Shown here in pieces: positions 8,749 to 18,050 of a DNA stretch of 64,000 nucleotides (positions within the stretch are counted from its first letter, which is position 1; each line of letters opens with the position of its first letter). The position numbers and the translations under genes were made by a program. The DNA is from a virus. The DNA lies in the IMG/VR virus record IMGVR_UViG_3300020463_002275, positions 1 through 64,000 of that record. The stretch is one strand, 5' to 3'. The notes under the pieces were generated by a model. That model made no database searches, was not told the DNA's origin, and saw only the letters and a program-made list of their open reading frames with translations.

Positions 8749-9488
8749 TGCTGACTGGACATAGAGGATACATAGGTTCTCATTTGTTAAAACGTCTTAC
8801 AAAAGAAAACAGTGTTGTTGGATTTGATTTAGTAGATGGTCAGGATTTAATAACATGCGAATTCAACGAAGAATTTGATTTGATTATTCATCTAGCAGGT
8901 CAAAGTGGTGTAAGAGATAGTATTAAAGATCCAGGACTATATTGGCGTAACAATGTAGAAGTAAGTAAAAGATTATTTGCACGTTACCCTAACACTAGAA
9001 TAATGTATGCAAGTTCTAGTTCAGCATATGAACCTGATCTTAATCCATATGCGGCAAGCAAATATTGTGTAGAAGAAGCCGCAGAAAGAAATAATAACAC
9101 ATTAGGAATGAGATTCCATACAGTGTATGATCATAATCCAAGACAAGGTATGTTTATACAAAAACTAATTGACGGCGAACTAGAATATGTTACTAATCAC
9201 TATAGAGATTTTATACACGTAGATGATTTATGTGACGCTATTGAATTGTTAATACGATCCACTTATACTGGTACTGTCGACATAGGCACAGGAGTGCCGT
9301 TTAGGATCCGTGATTTTGCAGAGGATTTGCCTATCCGCCTAAATACCCCAAATGAAAGGCAATGGACATGTGCAAACATGGACAAAATGAAAAGTCTAGG
9401 GTTTAAACCTAAACATAGTATCGAAAAACTCTTGACAAACCCGCCAAAAGATAATATAATAAAACTTGAAATAGGAGAAACTACATGA
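8739..9488 (+). CDS. NAD-dependent epimerase/dehydratase (extended SDR)
   Basis: TGHRGYIG Rossmann motif, HLA, ASSSS, YAASK (YxxxK), RDFIHVDD. Confidence 0.88.
   Translation: MRIMLTGHRGYIGSHLLKRLTKENSVVGFDLVDGQDLITCEFNEEFDLIIHLAGQSGVRDSIKDPGLYWRNNVEVSKRLFARYPNTRIMYASSSSAYEPDLNPYAASKYCVEEAAERNNNTLGMRFHTVYDHNPRQGMFIQKLIDGELEYVTNHYRDFIHVDDLCDAIELLIRSTYTGTVDIGTGVPFRIRDFAEDLPIRLNTPNERQWTCANMDKMKSLGFKPKHSIEKLLTNPPKDNIIKLEIGETT
9432..9460 (+). promoter_or_regulatory. sigma70-type promoter TTGACA-N17-TATAAT
   Basis: Perfect consensus; AGGAG SD before ATG 9485. Confidence 0.85.
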
Positions 9489-10213
9489 AAGACATTCTAC
9501 AAGACGTTGTTGCCCATACACACGCATTAGGCTTTTTAGCACTAGTGAAAGTAAGCAATGACGAAGGCACAACTATCGATGCAATGGCTGAAGACCGTTC
9601 AGTAATTTTATCAGGTAGTACACATTCGCCAGTAGCAGAGTTTGAAGGAACCTTTGGAATGCCAAACTTAGATAAACTTAGTTTGCATTTAAAAAATCCT
9701 GAGTATCAAAAAGATGCAAAGATTGACGTTGTAAAAGCAGAACGCAACGGAGAAACAATCCCAACACATATACATTTTGAAAATGCGGCAGGCGATTTCC
9801 AAAATGATTATCGCTTTATGAACAAAGCAATCATTGAAGAAAAACTAAAAACAGTTAAGTTCAAGGGTGCGGCATGGAGTGTAACATTCCAACCAAGTAT
9901 GGCAAGTATTGCACGTATGAAACTTATGAGTGCGGCACACGCAGAAGAACCAACATTTAATGTAATGACTAAAGATGGAAATTTAGTTTTTAGTTTTGGT
10001 GATCAAAGTACACACGCAGGTGAATTTGTTTTCCAACACAATATTGAAGGTACATTAGCACACACTTGGAGTTGGCCAGTAGCACAAGTACAAGCAATTC
10101 TAAACTTAGATGGTGATGCTTCTATGAGCATTTCAGATCAAGGTGCAATGATGATTAGTGTAGACAGTGGTATGGTCAAATATGATTATATCTTGCCAGC
10201 ACAAAGTAAGTAG
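9485..10213 (+). CDS. Probable DNA polymerase sliding clamp/processivity factor
   Basis: 242 aa with alternating beta/alpha pattern, near polB, C-terminal YDYILPA strand typical of clamps; no diagnostic motif. Confidence 0.45.
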   Translation: MKDILQDVVAHTHALGFLALVKVSNDEGTTIDAMAEDRSVILSGSTHSPVAEFEGTFGMPNLDKLSLHLKNPEYQKDAKIDVVKAERNGETIPTHIHFENAAGDFQNDYRFMNKAIIEEKLKTVKFKGAAWSVTFQPSMASIARMKLMSAAHAEEPTFNVMTKDGNLVFSFGDQSTHAGEFVFQHNIEGTLAHTWSWPVAQVQAILNLDGDASMSISDQGAMMISVDSGMVKYDYILPAQSK

Positions 10214-10220
10214 GAGTTTT

Positions 10221-10415
10221 ATGACAGATGATAGATCAGAAGATGCAACATACGAAAACGAAAGTAGTACGGTAACGATACCTTTGAGAGAATACGATAA
10301 GTTACGTGAGCGTCAATCATATATTACTGATAAAAGTTTAATTGGTATAATTGATAAGTTAGAAGAACTTGTTAGAGCATTGAGAAAACATATAGTAAGG
10401 ACGGACTTTGATTAA
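10221..10415 (+). CDS. Hypothetical protein
   Basis: AGGAG SD before ATG 10221. Confidence 0.55.
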   Translation: MTDDRSEDATYENESSTVTIPLREYDKLRERQSYITDKSLIGIIDKLEELVRALRKHIVRTDFD

Positions 10416-11973
10416 TAAAGATTTAACAGCAACACAAAACGACTACGCACATTTTTTGCCAGCATTGAGCGGCTTCTATGCAACATATGTAGGTAAGCAA
10501 CGCTTTCCTGATCCTGTTAAAGGTCCTTACATTGAAGACACACGTATTCCTGCTAATTGGAATAACAATGTAGAAAGTCTTAACTATCTTAACAAACAAC
10601 AAGGAGCATTTACTTACAAGTGGTCATTGTATTCAGCAGGACATGCTGATTTAGATACAACTAAAGTTGTTCCAAAAGAAGATATGGTTCGTAATAGAGA
10701 CCGAGATAATACTTGGTTACTAGGCGACTCAGGCGGATTCCAAATTGGTAAAGGTGTTTGGGAAGGAGACTGGAAAGATCCTAACTGTCCTAAAGCACAA
10801 AAGAAACGTGATGGCGTTCTGAAATGGATGGACGCATATATGGACTATGGTATGATACTTGATATTCCAGCATGGGTATCACGTTCACCAGCAGGTGCAA
10901 AAGCAACAGGTATTAGCACATATCAAGAAGCAGTAAAGGCAACACGTATTAACAACGATTACTTTATGAAGCATAGAACTGGTGCTTGTAAATTTTTAAA
11001 TGTTTTACAAGGCGAAAATCATGCAGATGCAGATGATTGGTATGACCAAATGAAAGATTACTGTGATCCTGTTAAGTATCCTGACACTCATTTTAATGGT
11101 TGGTCTATGGGTGGACAGAACATGTGCGATGTACATTTGGTTCTTAAACGCCTAGTTGCATTGTATTATGACAATCTATTACAACAAGGTGTGCATGATG
11201 TAATGCATTTCTTAGGCACATCTAAATTAGAATGGGCTACGTTGTTAACTGATATACAAAGAGCAGTAAGAAAATATTATAACCCTAATTTTATGATTAC
11301 ATTCGATTGTGCAAGTCCTTTCTTAGCAACTGCTAACGGACAAGTTTACATACAAAATGAAACTCCTGATAGAGGAAAATGGACATATAGAATGGTTCCG
11401 AGTATAGATGATAAAAAATATGCTACGGATACACGTACATTTAAAGATGCTGTATTACAAGATGGTATCTTTAAAAACTTTGAAGACAGTCCTGTAACAG
11501 ATGGAATGCTTGTAAAAGATATCTGTGTTTATAAACCTGGGGACTTAAACAAAATAGGTAAAGAAGGAAAAACATCGTGGGATAGTTTTTCATATGCGAT
11601 CCAGATGGGTCATAACGTGTGGAGTCACATAAATGCAGTTCAAGAAGCAAACAGACAGTATGACGCTGGAGTTATTCCTAAAATGCTTGTACAAGAGCAA
11701 TTTGACAGGATTCTATTCAGAGATGTTGTGGAAGAAATATTCTCAAAGACTACAAAAGAAGAGTCATTAAAAGTAATTGATGAGTATTCAAAGTTTTGGA
11801 TGGCTATACCTGGTACTAGAGGTGCTGTTGGTAAAAAGACAGTAAACAGTAGTACCTTTTTTGATGCTTTGTTTGATGTAGATCAAACTCAAGAGCAAAC
11901 TGATGAAGAGGAACTAGATGAAACCAAATTGGAGGAACTAGAAGATGAGCAACTACACGGACAAACACGATAA
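10408..11973 (+). CDS. dpdA: tRNA-guanine transglycosylase-fold protein, DpdA-like (DNA 7-deazaguanine insertase candidate)
   Basis: TGT motifs in order: GDSGGFQ, MILD, VLQG, SMGG, HFLG, TFDCASP; no C-terminal Zn CxCxxC seen; queD-like and queE nearby. Confidence 0.7.
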   Translation: MINKDLTATQNDYAHFLPALSGFYATYVGKQRFPDPVKGPYIEDTRIPANWNNNVESLNYLNKQQGAFTYKWSLYSAGHADLDTTKVVPKEDMVRNRDRDNTWLLGDSGGFQIGKGVWEGDWKDPNCPKAQKKRDGVLKWMDAYMDYGMILDIPAWVSRSPAGAKATGISTYQEAVKATRINNDYFMKHRTGACKFLNVLQGENHADADDWYDQMKDYCDPVKYPDTHFNGWSMGGQNMCDVHLVLKRLVALYYDNLLQQGVHDVMHFLGTSKLEWATLLTDIQRAVRKYYNPNFMITFDCASPFLATANGQVYIQNETPDRGKWTYRMVPSIDDKKYATDTRTFKDAVLQDGIFKNFEDSPVTDGMLVKDICVYKPGDLNKIGKEGKTSWDSFSYAIQMGHNVWSHINAVQEANRQYDAGVIPKMLVQEQFDRILFRDVVEEIFSKTTKEESLKVIDEYSKFWMAIPGTRGAVGKKTVNSSTFFDALFDVDQTQEQTDEEELDETKLEELEDEQLHGQTR

Positions 11974-12148
11974 ACTTGCAACACACTTGCAAGAGTTATA
12001 CAAACGTCATAGGTCACTTGATCAAGAAATAAAAGTTTTGTATAATCAATTTGTAGAAAATCATGAACTTAATCTTTTGAAAACAAAGAAACTTTGGTTA
12101 AAAGATGAAATATACAGAATAGAAAATGAATTAAAGGCTTTAGGATGA
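11945..12148 (+). CDS. YdcH/DUF465-like coiled-coil protein
   Basis: L..HRSLDQEI...LKTKKLWLKDEIYRI pattern. Confidence 0.6.
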   Translation: MSNYTDKHDKLATHLQELYKRHRSLDQEIKVLYNQFVENHELNLLKTKKLWLKDEIYRIENELKALG

Positions 12149-12552
12149 GTAAATTAAATCAACGTCTGCATTGGACTACAACTATTACAGAGAAAGTAAT
12201 GCTTGGAGGTATTGGTGGACTAACAGTAGTTGCCGCACTATTAGAAGTGTATGGTATGTATCAAGCAAGGAGTATAGAACTTGCTGATTTATTCTTGTTA
12301 TTCATTTATACAGAGATCGTAGGCATGGTAGGTGCTTATTATATTAGTAATAGAATACCTGTCACACTTCCAATTATTATTGCAATGACGGCTTTGTGTA
12401 GATTAATTATCCTACATAGTAAAGATGCTGATCCTTGGGTACTAATAGCAGAAGCAGGTGCTATTGTTATACTAGCAGGAGCGGCATACATTATGAGTGC
12501 AAAAGAAAAACTAAGTTTAGAAAAGAAAAAAATAAAAGAAGATGCTGAGTGA
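12145..12552 (+). CDS. psiE: Phosphate-starvation-inducible PsiE-like membrane protein
   Basis: Four TM helices; LADLFLLFIYTEIVGMV, IPVTLPIIIAMTALCRLII. Confidence 0.75.
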   Translation: MSKLNQRLHWTTTITEKVMLGGIGGLTVVAALLEVYGMYQARSIELADLFLLFIYTEIVGMVGAYYISNRIPVTLPIIIAMTALCRLIILHSKDADPWVLIAEAGAIVILAGAAYIMSAKEKLSLEKKKIKEDAE

Positions 12553-13118
12553 AAAAGATGTACGTTGATACAATAAATCCTGTAGAATTTAAAATTATTG
12601 GTAAAGATTTAAAAGAATTTTTACAAGGTTTAATCACTAATAACATAAACAATATAGACAAAGAACCCGTAGAAACGTTCATACTTACGCCTCAGGGTAA
12701 GATAAAACATCAAGTTAAAATAACAGATAAAGGTGACGGCTTTAGTATATTATGTACTAACGACCAAAGCAGTTTGTTTGCTTTTTTGAACCTTTATGGA
12801 AAATTTAAAGGTATAGTTGTAGAAAAAGTAGATGTCAAAGAAGTATATGATAAGAAATACTTCTTAAGACTTTTAGAACAAGGTAAACTAGATACTAACT
12901 TTTTAACACAACCATCATTGTATCCTGCTGAGGTAGATGATAGTTTAGTTGATTACGATAAAGGTTGTTACTTGGGTCAGGAAGTAGTTTCAAGAATGAA
13001 ACACAGACAAAAGAACAAAAAACAAATAAAGATAGCAAATATACTCAATACAAAGCCTTCAGATGCAAAAGTATTACTAGAAATAGAGAACTATATTATT
13101 ATTAAGGTACCAGTATAA
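12549..13118 (+). CDS. ygfZ: Short YgfZ/Iba57 (GcvT-like, Fe-S maturation) protein
   Basis: FLQGLITNNI, ILTPQGKI and signature DYDKGCYLGQEVVSRMKHR; only 189 aa. Confidence 0.8.
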   Translation: MKKMYVDTINPVEFKIIGKDLKEFLQGLITNNINNIDKEPVETFILTPQGKIKHQVKITDKGDGFSILCTNDQSSLFAFLNLYGKFKGIVVEKVDVKEVYDKKYFLRLLEQGKLDTNFLTQPSLYPAEVDDSLVDYDKGCYLGQEVVSRMKHRQKNKKQIKIANILNTKPSDAKVLLEIENYIIIKVPV

Positions 13119-13273
13119 TGATGACTGAGAAAGAAGTAAGAGCAGAGTTTAAAGAACACAGAAAAGATCTAGTGTTTGCTGAGTGCTGGCCTAATACAGA
13201 TCGTGCTTTTTATGAATGGTGCTCGCAGTATCTAGATTACAAACATATTAAAAGAGATGATGATGACTACTAA
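13118..13273 (+). CDS. Small hypothetical protein (51 aa; not in ORF track)
   Basis: TAATG coupling; MMTEKEVRAEF...KRDDDDY*. Confidence 0.5.
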   Translation: MMTEKEVRAEFKEHRKDLVFAECWPNTDRAFYEWCSQYLDYKHIKRDDDDY

Positions 13274-13445
13274 AAACGAAATGCTAAACAAAAAAATTGA
13301 TGAATTGGATAAGAAGATGGTCAAATTACAGTTGACTTTAGATGATTTAAGTGTTAAACTCAGTAAGCATATAGGATTTATTGACGAAACATATGAAGGG
13401 TTGAAAAATCCAATTAAGGTGGCAAGGAGGTTTTTAGGTAAATGA
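13257..13445 (+). CDS. Small coiled-coil protein
   Basis: Heptad pattern; overlaps neighbours. Confidence 0.5.
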   Translation: MMMTTKNEMLNKKIDELDKKMVKLQLTLDDLSVKLSKHIGFIDETYEGLKNPIKVARRFLGK

Positions 13446-13954
13446 AAAGAAAATACGAATCAGGTATAGCAGATAATGTTGTATTCTTTACAGGAATAGA
13501 AGTAGAAAAAACTCCTGCACACGGTATGGATACATTATTTGTTACAGGTTTACAATCTTGTGATGTTATACAAGAAAAACTAGAAGATAGACAGCATATA
13601 TTCTTTGGTGCTAATCATTCTTTCGAGCCATCAAATCAAGATTTATGGATACGATGGGAAAGAATGATAAAGGCATTCTTAACTGCTGGCAAATTGTGTT
13701 CACTTGATATTCCAATTAATTACGCAGAAGACTTTCTCAAAAGTGGTCTTACTGAATATGAAAACTTTATTCCACAACTACGTATTCCGTTGCCTTACGT
13801 AAAACAGTGGAACTACAACACTATGTTGAAGATTGACGATAAAGACTTTAAGGCAACTAATCCTGGCGTTTGGTGTCATAGTTTGCACGATCTATTAGAT
13901 AGAAATAAATTTACTGATTGGACAAAGTATGGCCTTGACAAAGTAGTAAAGTGA
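13442..13954 (+). CDS. Hypothetical protein next to the queD-like gene
   Basis: Globular-looking 170 aa ORF with alpha/beta pattern (FFTGIEVEKTP, HIFFGANHSF, WCHSLH); function not recognised. Confidence 0.6.
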   Translation: MKRKYESGIADNVVFFTGIEVEKTPAHGMDTLFVTGLQSCDVIQEKLEDRQHIFFGANHSFEPSNQDLWIRWERMIKAFLTAGKLCSLDIPINYAEDFLKSGLTEYENFIPQLRIPLPYVKQWNYNTMLKIDDKDFKATNPGVWCHSLHDLLDRNKFTDWTKYGLDKVVK

Positions 13955-13963
13955 GTGTACAAT
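13935..13963 (+). promoter_or_regulatory. sigma70-type promoter TTGACA-N17-TACAAT
   Basis: The -10 overlaps ATG 13962, which argues for a downstream start codon (14031). Confidence 0.7.
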
Positions 13964-14030
13964 GGATAGTATAACAGATGAAAGATATTACGATTATATG
14001 ATACGTAGATCTAGAGAGGAAGATACAATA

Positions 14031-14450
14031 ATGGTCCAAGAAAATATAATAAATAAGGCGGCAAGAAGTATATGGGTAACCTTTAGAAAAGAAGGTGTTC
14101 ATATGTATCCAGGAGCAGATAGTGATCCAAAATTGGCAACAGGTGATTGGGACGATGTTTCGTTTCTCGGCGTGCCTCATCGTCATATTTTCCATTTCAG
14201 GGTGCGTATCGAGGTGTTCCACAACGACAGAGATATCGAGTTCATCCAATTCAAAAGGTGGATGGAGAGACTCTATAATGGAGCGAGTGAGACCGACAAT
14301 GAAGTGCTCGTTCTAAATCACAGGTCCTGCGAAATGATTGCAGATGAACTGTACGAAAAGATTTCAGCAAAATACCCAGGCCGATTTGTTGAAATTGATG
14401 TTGCTGAAGATGGCGAAAACGGCTGTTCAATATATTACCCCAAACCATAA
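14031..14450 (+). CDS. queD: QueD/6-pyruvoyl-tetrahydropterin synthase-like (T-fold) protein
   Basis: His residues GVHMY and HRHIFHF, DIEFIQFK, SCEMIA, VAEDGENG terminus; GAGGA SD before ATG 14031. Confidence 0.65.
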   Translation: MVQENIINKAARSIWVTFRKEGVHMYPGADSDPKLATGDWDDVSFLGVPHRHIFHFRVRIEVFHNDRDIEFIQFKRWMERLYNGASETDNEVLVLNHRSCEMIADELYEKISAKYPGRFVEIDVAEDGENGCSIYYPKP

Positions 14451-14476
14451 ATGCTGTTAAAAAAGGAAATTATAAA

Positions 14477-14689
14477 ATGGCAATCAAATTCAATCGTGAA
14501 GCGTATACGAAGGTATTTAACGACTTGGATAAGTTCCGCGACTACTGTCGCTTTGAAGGCAAGATCTTTAACGAAAAAGACTTGTATAAATCCGATGCTC
14601 CTGTTTGGCAGGCGTATCAAAAACATGCAGGTTGGTTACGTGCCAAGGCTCGTAACTCCGGCAGAAAGTTTCATTCTCGGAGAAATTAA
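14477..14689 (+). CDS. Small basic hypothetical protein
   Basis: AAGGA SD; TAATG coupling to next gene. Confidence 0.55.
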   Translation: MAIKFNREAYTKVFNDLDKFRDYCRFEGKIFNEKDLYKSDAPVWQAYQKHAGWLRAKARNSGRKFHSRRN

Positions 14690-15738
14690 TGACTATTCAT
14701 ATAGTAGACATTGAAGCAGTAGATACAAGATACACAAAACAATGGAAAGATTATCTTCCACCACAACTTCAACGTGCTACAAACGAAGATGTAAAAGTAA
14801 TTAGTGGAGGGGAAACACCTCAGGCTACAACACCTGGTGCTTTTCTAAACTTTGGTGGTACTAATGTTTACAAATCAAAACAACTTGAAAAAATAGGAGC
14901 AATGTTCTGTGATGGATCTGTTGAAGATGGTGATTATTTTCTCTATACCGATGCCTGGAATCCTACAGTTATTCAACTACGGTATATGGCAGAACTATTG
15001 GGTGTTGACATCACTATTGGTGGTCTCTGGCATGCAGGTAGTTATGATCCGCAAGATTTTTTAGGAAGACTTATAGGTGACAAACCTTGGGTTAGAAATG
15101 CAGAACAGTCTATGTATGACTGCTATGACGATAACTTTTTTGCAAGTAAGTTTCATATAGATTTGTTTAACAGAAATTTTCATACTTCAGATAACAAAAA
15201 TCATCGTGTAGGCTGGCCAATGGAATATTTGGCAACTAGTTTAGATAGTTATAAGCATATGGAGAAGAAAGATTTAATTCTTTTCCCACATAGAGTTGCA
15301 CCTGAAAAGCAAGTTGAAATATTTCGTGATTTAAAACAACAATTACCACAGTATGAATTTATTGTATGTCAAGAACAAACCTTGACAAAGAATGAATATC
15401 ATAACTTGTTAGGTGAAGCAAAACTAGTGTTTAGTGCTAACTTACAAGAAACACTTGGTATTAGTTGGTACGAAGGTGCTTTAGTAGATACTATTCCTAT
15501 GGTGCCTGATAGATTAAGTTACAGTGAAATGGCTTTACCAGAATTCAAATATGAAAGCAAATGGACTGAAGACTATGATAGTTATTTAGAGCATAGAGAT
15601 AAAGTTGTTGCACAAATTGTTGAGTATATAGAAAATTACGAAGACTTTTTACCTAGTATTAACAAACAAGTTACTAAACTTAACAAAGAATTCTTTAGTG
15701 GCAAAAAACTTTATAGGGTGATTGCAGATGGCGAATGA
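14689..15738 (+). CDS. GT-B glycosyltransferase-like protein
   Basis: ILFPHRVAPEK, acceptor-site region, SANLQETLGISWYEG (ExxGxxxxE), MVPDRLSYSE. Confidence 0.75.
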   Translation: MTIHIVDIEAVDTRYTKQWKDYLPPQLQRATNEDVKVISGGETPQATTPGAFLNFGGTNVYKSKQLEKIGAMFCDGSVEDGDYFLYTDAWNPTVIQLRYMAELLGVDITIGGLWHAGSYDPQDFLGRLIGDKPWVRNAEQSMYDCYDDNFFASKFHIDLFNRNFHTSDNKNHRVGWPMEYLATSLDSYKHMEKKDLILFPHRVAPEKQVEIFRDLKQQLPQYEFIVCQEQTLTKNEYHNLLGEAKLVFSANLQETLGISWYEGALVDTIPMVPDRLSYSEMALPEFKYESKWTEDYDSYLEHRDKVVAQIVEYIENYEDFLPSINKQVTKLNKEFFSGKKLYRVIADGE

Positions 15739-16123
15739 AGATAAAGATTTTGTTGAAGGATGTGATACTATTACTATTAACGGCGAAACTGTTTTTAGTG
15801 TAAATCCAGAACCTGATTATAAAATTTCCTATTCAACTCCAACAATAGATGTAAGTTCAATATCCACCACATCCAGTAGTACAATAGATTCTTCTCACTT
15901 GACAGTAAATACTAGCACTATTGGTACACATACTTTTGATGACAATTATACATTTACAACAACATATGAAACGCCAACTGTGTTTGAAGATGTTATGCCT
16001 GATCTAGTAACTGTAAATGATATGATGGTAGAATACCCAACTTTAAAAATTGCATTTGAAAAATTCAAAAGGGTATATAAGATGGTTGAACAAGATTATA
16101 AAGGAAAAACTGAAAATGAATGA
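15728..16123 (+). CDS. Ser/Thr-rich hypothetical protein
   Basis: Low-complexity N-half plus helical C-terminus. Confidence 0.55.
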   Translation: MANEDKDFVEGCDTITINGETVFSVNPEPDYKISYSTPTIDVSSISTTSSSTIDSSHLTVNTSTIGTHTFDDNYTFTTTYETPTVFEDVMPDLVTVNDMMVEYPTLKIAFEKFKRVYKMVEQDYKGKTENE

Positions 16124-16355
16124 ACCATATAATAATGAAGGCTTTGGTTGGGCATTTTTAAATATTGTGTTATTTGCACTAGTATTACCGGGAATAGTAA
16201 TTTTAAGTATCGATAACGGATTTTCTAAATTTGCACAAATGCGTGGAGTAACAGGAGACTGTTGGGAAAACAGTAGACATGAACGTGTATGTACTGTACC
16301 AACAGAAGGTGCAAAATTAGCAAACTGTAAACTTTGGAGGAACTTCTGTGATTAA
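16116..16355 (+). CDS. Small single-TM protein with Cys-containing C-domain
   Basis: One hydrophobic helix; four Cys downstream. Confidence 0.5.
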   Translation: MNEPYNNEGFGWAFLNIVLFALVLPGIVILSIDNGFSKFAQMRGVTGDCWENSRHERVCTVPTEGAKLANCKLWRNFCD

Positions 16356-16890
16356 AAAACATTATTATTCTTGGAATGATATAGAAGATATGTGCCTAAG
16401 TATTGTTAATCAGATGTACAAAGACCAATGGAGACCTGATTATATTGTAGGTATTACAAGAGGTGGTAATGTTCCTGCAACGATAATTAGTAATATGACT
16501 GGGATACGTTGTGAAGCAATTAAAGTAAGTTTACGTGATGATAGTAAACTAGAAAGTAATACTTGGATGGCGGAAGATGCTCTTGGATACAATGACGGTA
16601 CACAAATTACAGGTGGACCTTTATATAAAAAAATTCTTATCGTAGATGATATTAATGACACTGGTGCAACCTTTAATTGGATTGCAAAAGACTGGCAACA
16701 AAGTTGTCATCCAACTAATGCACGTTGGACTGACGTATGGGGAAACAATGTTCGTATTGCTACACTAACAGATAACATGGCCAGTGAAACAGTATTACCA
16801 ATTAGTTATACATGTCATGAAGTAAACAAAGCAGAAGAAGATATATGGCTTGTATATCCTTGGGAAAATGTAGGAGTATATGATGGATGA
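16348..16890 (+). CDS. Purine phosphoribosyltransferase (type I PRTase, Gpt-like)
   Basis: IVGITRGG, PRPP loop ILIVDDINDTGAT, WLVYPWE terminus. Confidence 0.85.
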   Translation: MIKKHYYSWNDIEDMCLSIVNQMYKDQWRPDYIVGITRGGNVPATIISNMTGIRCEAIKVSLRDDSKLESNTWMAEDALGYNDGTQITGGPLYKKILIVDDINDTGATFNWIAKDWQQSCHPTNARWTDVWGNNVRIATLTDNMASETVLPISYTCHEVNKAEEDIWLVYPWENVGVYDG

Positions 16891-17494
16891 AATAAAAGTA
16901 GATAGATTAGATTTATTTCCTGTTCCAATTATTGGATCAGAATATGCACACGCAGAAAGTTTAGCACAAACGCTAATTCCTATTTTTAAAAAAATAGAAG
17001 AAGAAGATGAAAATCCAAGACCTTATAGTGCAAATGGTTACACAAACTATGACCCAGGAACACAAGTTATTGAACGTATTGAATGTAATCATTTGAGAGA
17101 ATGGATCGGTCAAGTTGGTATGGAAGGTAACAAAACTTTAGGCGTTGAAGCAGATTTAACATTTGTTGGTAGTTGGTTTAGTATTAATAGAAAACATACA
17201 TACCATGAAATGCATAATCATATTCCTGCAACATGGAGTGGAGTATATTATGTGCAAGCAAAAGAAGATGATGCACCTATAACATTTTACGATACTAACA
17301 AACAAACTAATTGGCCTTGGGCAGGCTATAAAGAACCAAATGCATATAACACTCCTTCATATAGTGTTACTCCTAAAACAGGACGTTTATTAATTTTTCC
17401 TGCACACTTAGTTCACGGTGTAAGCCAGCAGAAAAAAGATAGTGAAAGAATTACAATAAGTTTTAATTTACAAGCAACACAGGGTTTTAAATAA
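16880..17494 (+). CDS. 2OG-Fe(II) oxygenase (TIGR02466-like)
   Basis: HEMHNH..WSGVYYV, LIFPAHLVHGV, ERITISFN. Confidence 0.8.
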   Translation: MMDEIKVDRLDLFPVPIIGSEYAHAESLAQTLIPIFKKIEEEDENPRPYSANGYTNYDPGTQVIERIECNHLREWIGQVGMEGNKTLGVEADLTFVGSWFSINRKHTYHEMHNHIPATWSGVYYVQAKEDDAPITFYDTNKQTNWPWAGYKEPNAYNTPSYSVTPKTGRLLIFPAHLVHGVSQQKKDSERITISFNLQATQGFK

Positions 17495-17844
17495 TGGGAC
17501 CTTGGACTGACATAGTAGTTAAATCAAAAGAGTTTACAGTTTTTAGAGATGCTTATCCAGTTACGGAAGGACATATTCTTTTTGTTCCTTCTGAAGAAAA
17601 TTGGCAATCTCTTACTAAATGTTTCGAAGCCGCATATAAATGGGGCTACGATTGGGTTGAACGTGGATACTGTGATGCGTTCAATATAGGACAGAATGTA
17701 GGCGAAGCGGCAGGGCAGACAGTAATGTGGCCGCACGTACATCTCATACCCCGACGAGATGGGGATATGAAAGACCCAAGAGGAGGAGTGCGACATGTTA
17801 TTCCTAGTAAGGGCAAATATACAAGGAAGGAAAAGCAAGAATGA
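17494..17844 (+). CDS. HIT family nucleotide hydrolase
   Basis: AYPVTEGHILFVP, FNIGQN.G..AGQTV.WPHVHLIPR. Confidence 0.88.
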   Translation: MGPWTDIVVKSKEFTVFRDAYPVTEGHILFVPSEENWQSLTKCFEAAYKWGYDWVERGYCDAFNIGQNVGEAAGQTVMWPHVHLIPRRDGDMKDPRGGVRHVIPSKGKYTRKEKQE

Positions 17845-18050
17845 AACCAGGTGAAGCAATTATCTTAGCCGCACGTAAACAAGCGGAAGGTCAAGTAGCA
17901 ATCCATCTAGCAAATATCAAAGTTTATACAACGATGCCTGCAGGTATAGGAGAACATCCAGACGTTACTGAACAGGTAATATCAGAGTTAAATAAACTTG
18001 GTAGTGCCAACGAAAGATTAGAAATGATTGAAAAATATTTTAATGACTAA
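17841..18050 (+). CDS. Hypothetical protein
   Basis: Overlapping start/stop; GIGEHPD motif common in small phage proteins. Confidence 0.55.
   Translation: MKPGEAIILAARKQAEGQVAIHLANIKVYTTMPAGIGEHPDVTEQVISELNKLGSANERLEMIEKYFND

Noticed and set aside
10408-11973. Plain tRNA-modifying bacterial Tgt
   Set aside because: Not excluded but disfavoured: no C-terminal Zn-binding CxCxxC..H, it is much longer with insertions, and it sits in a replication operon.
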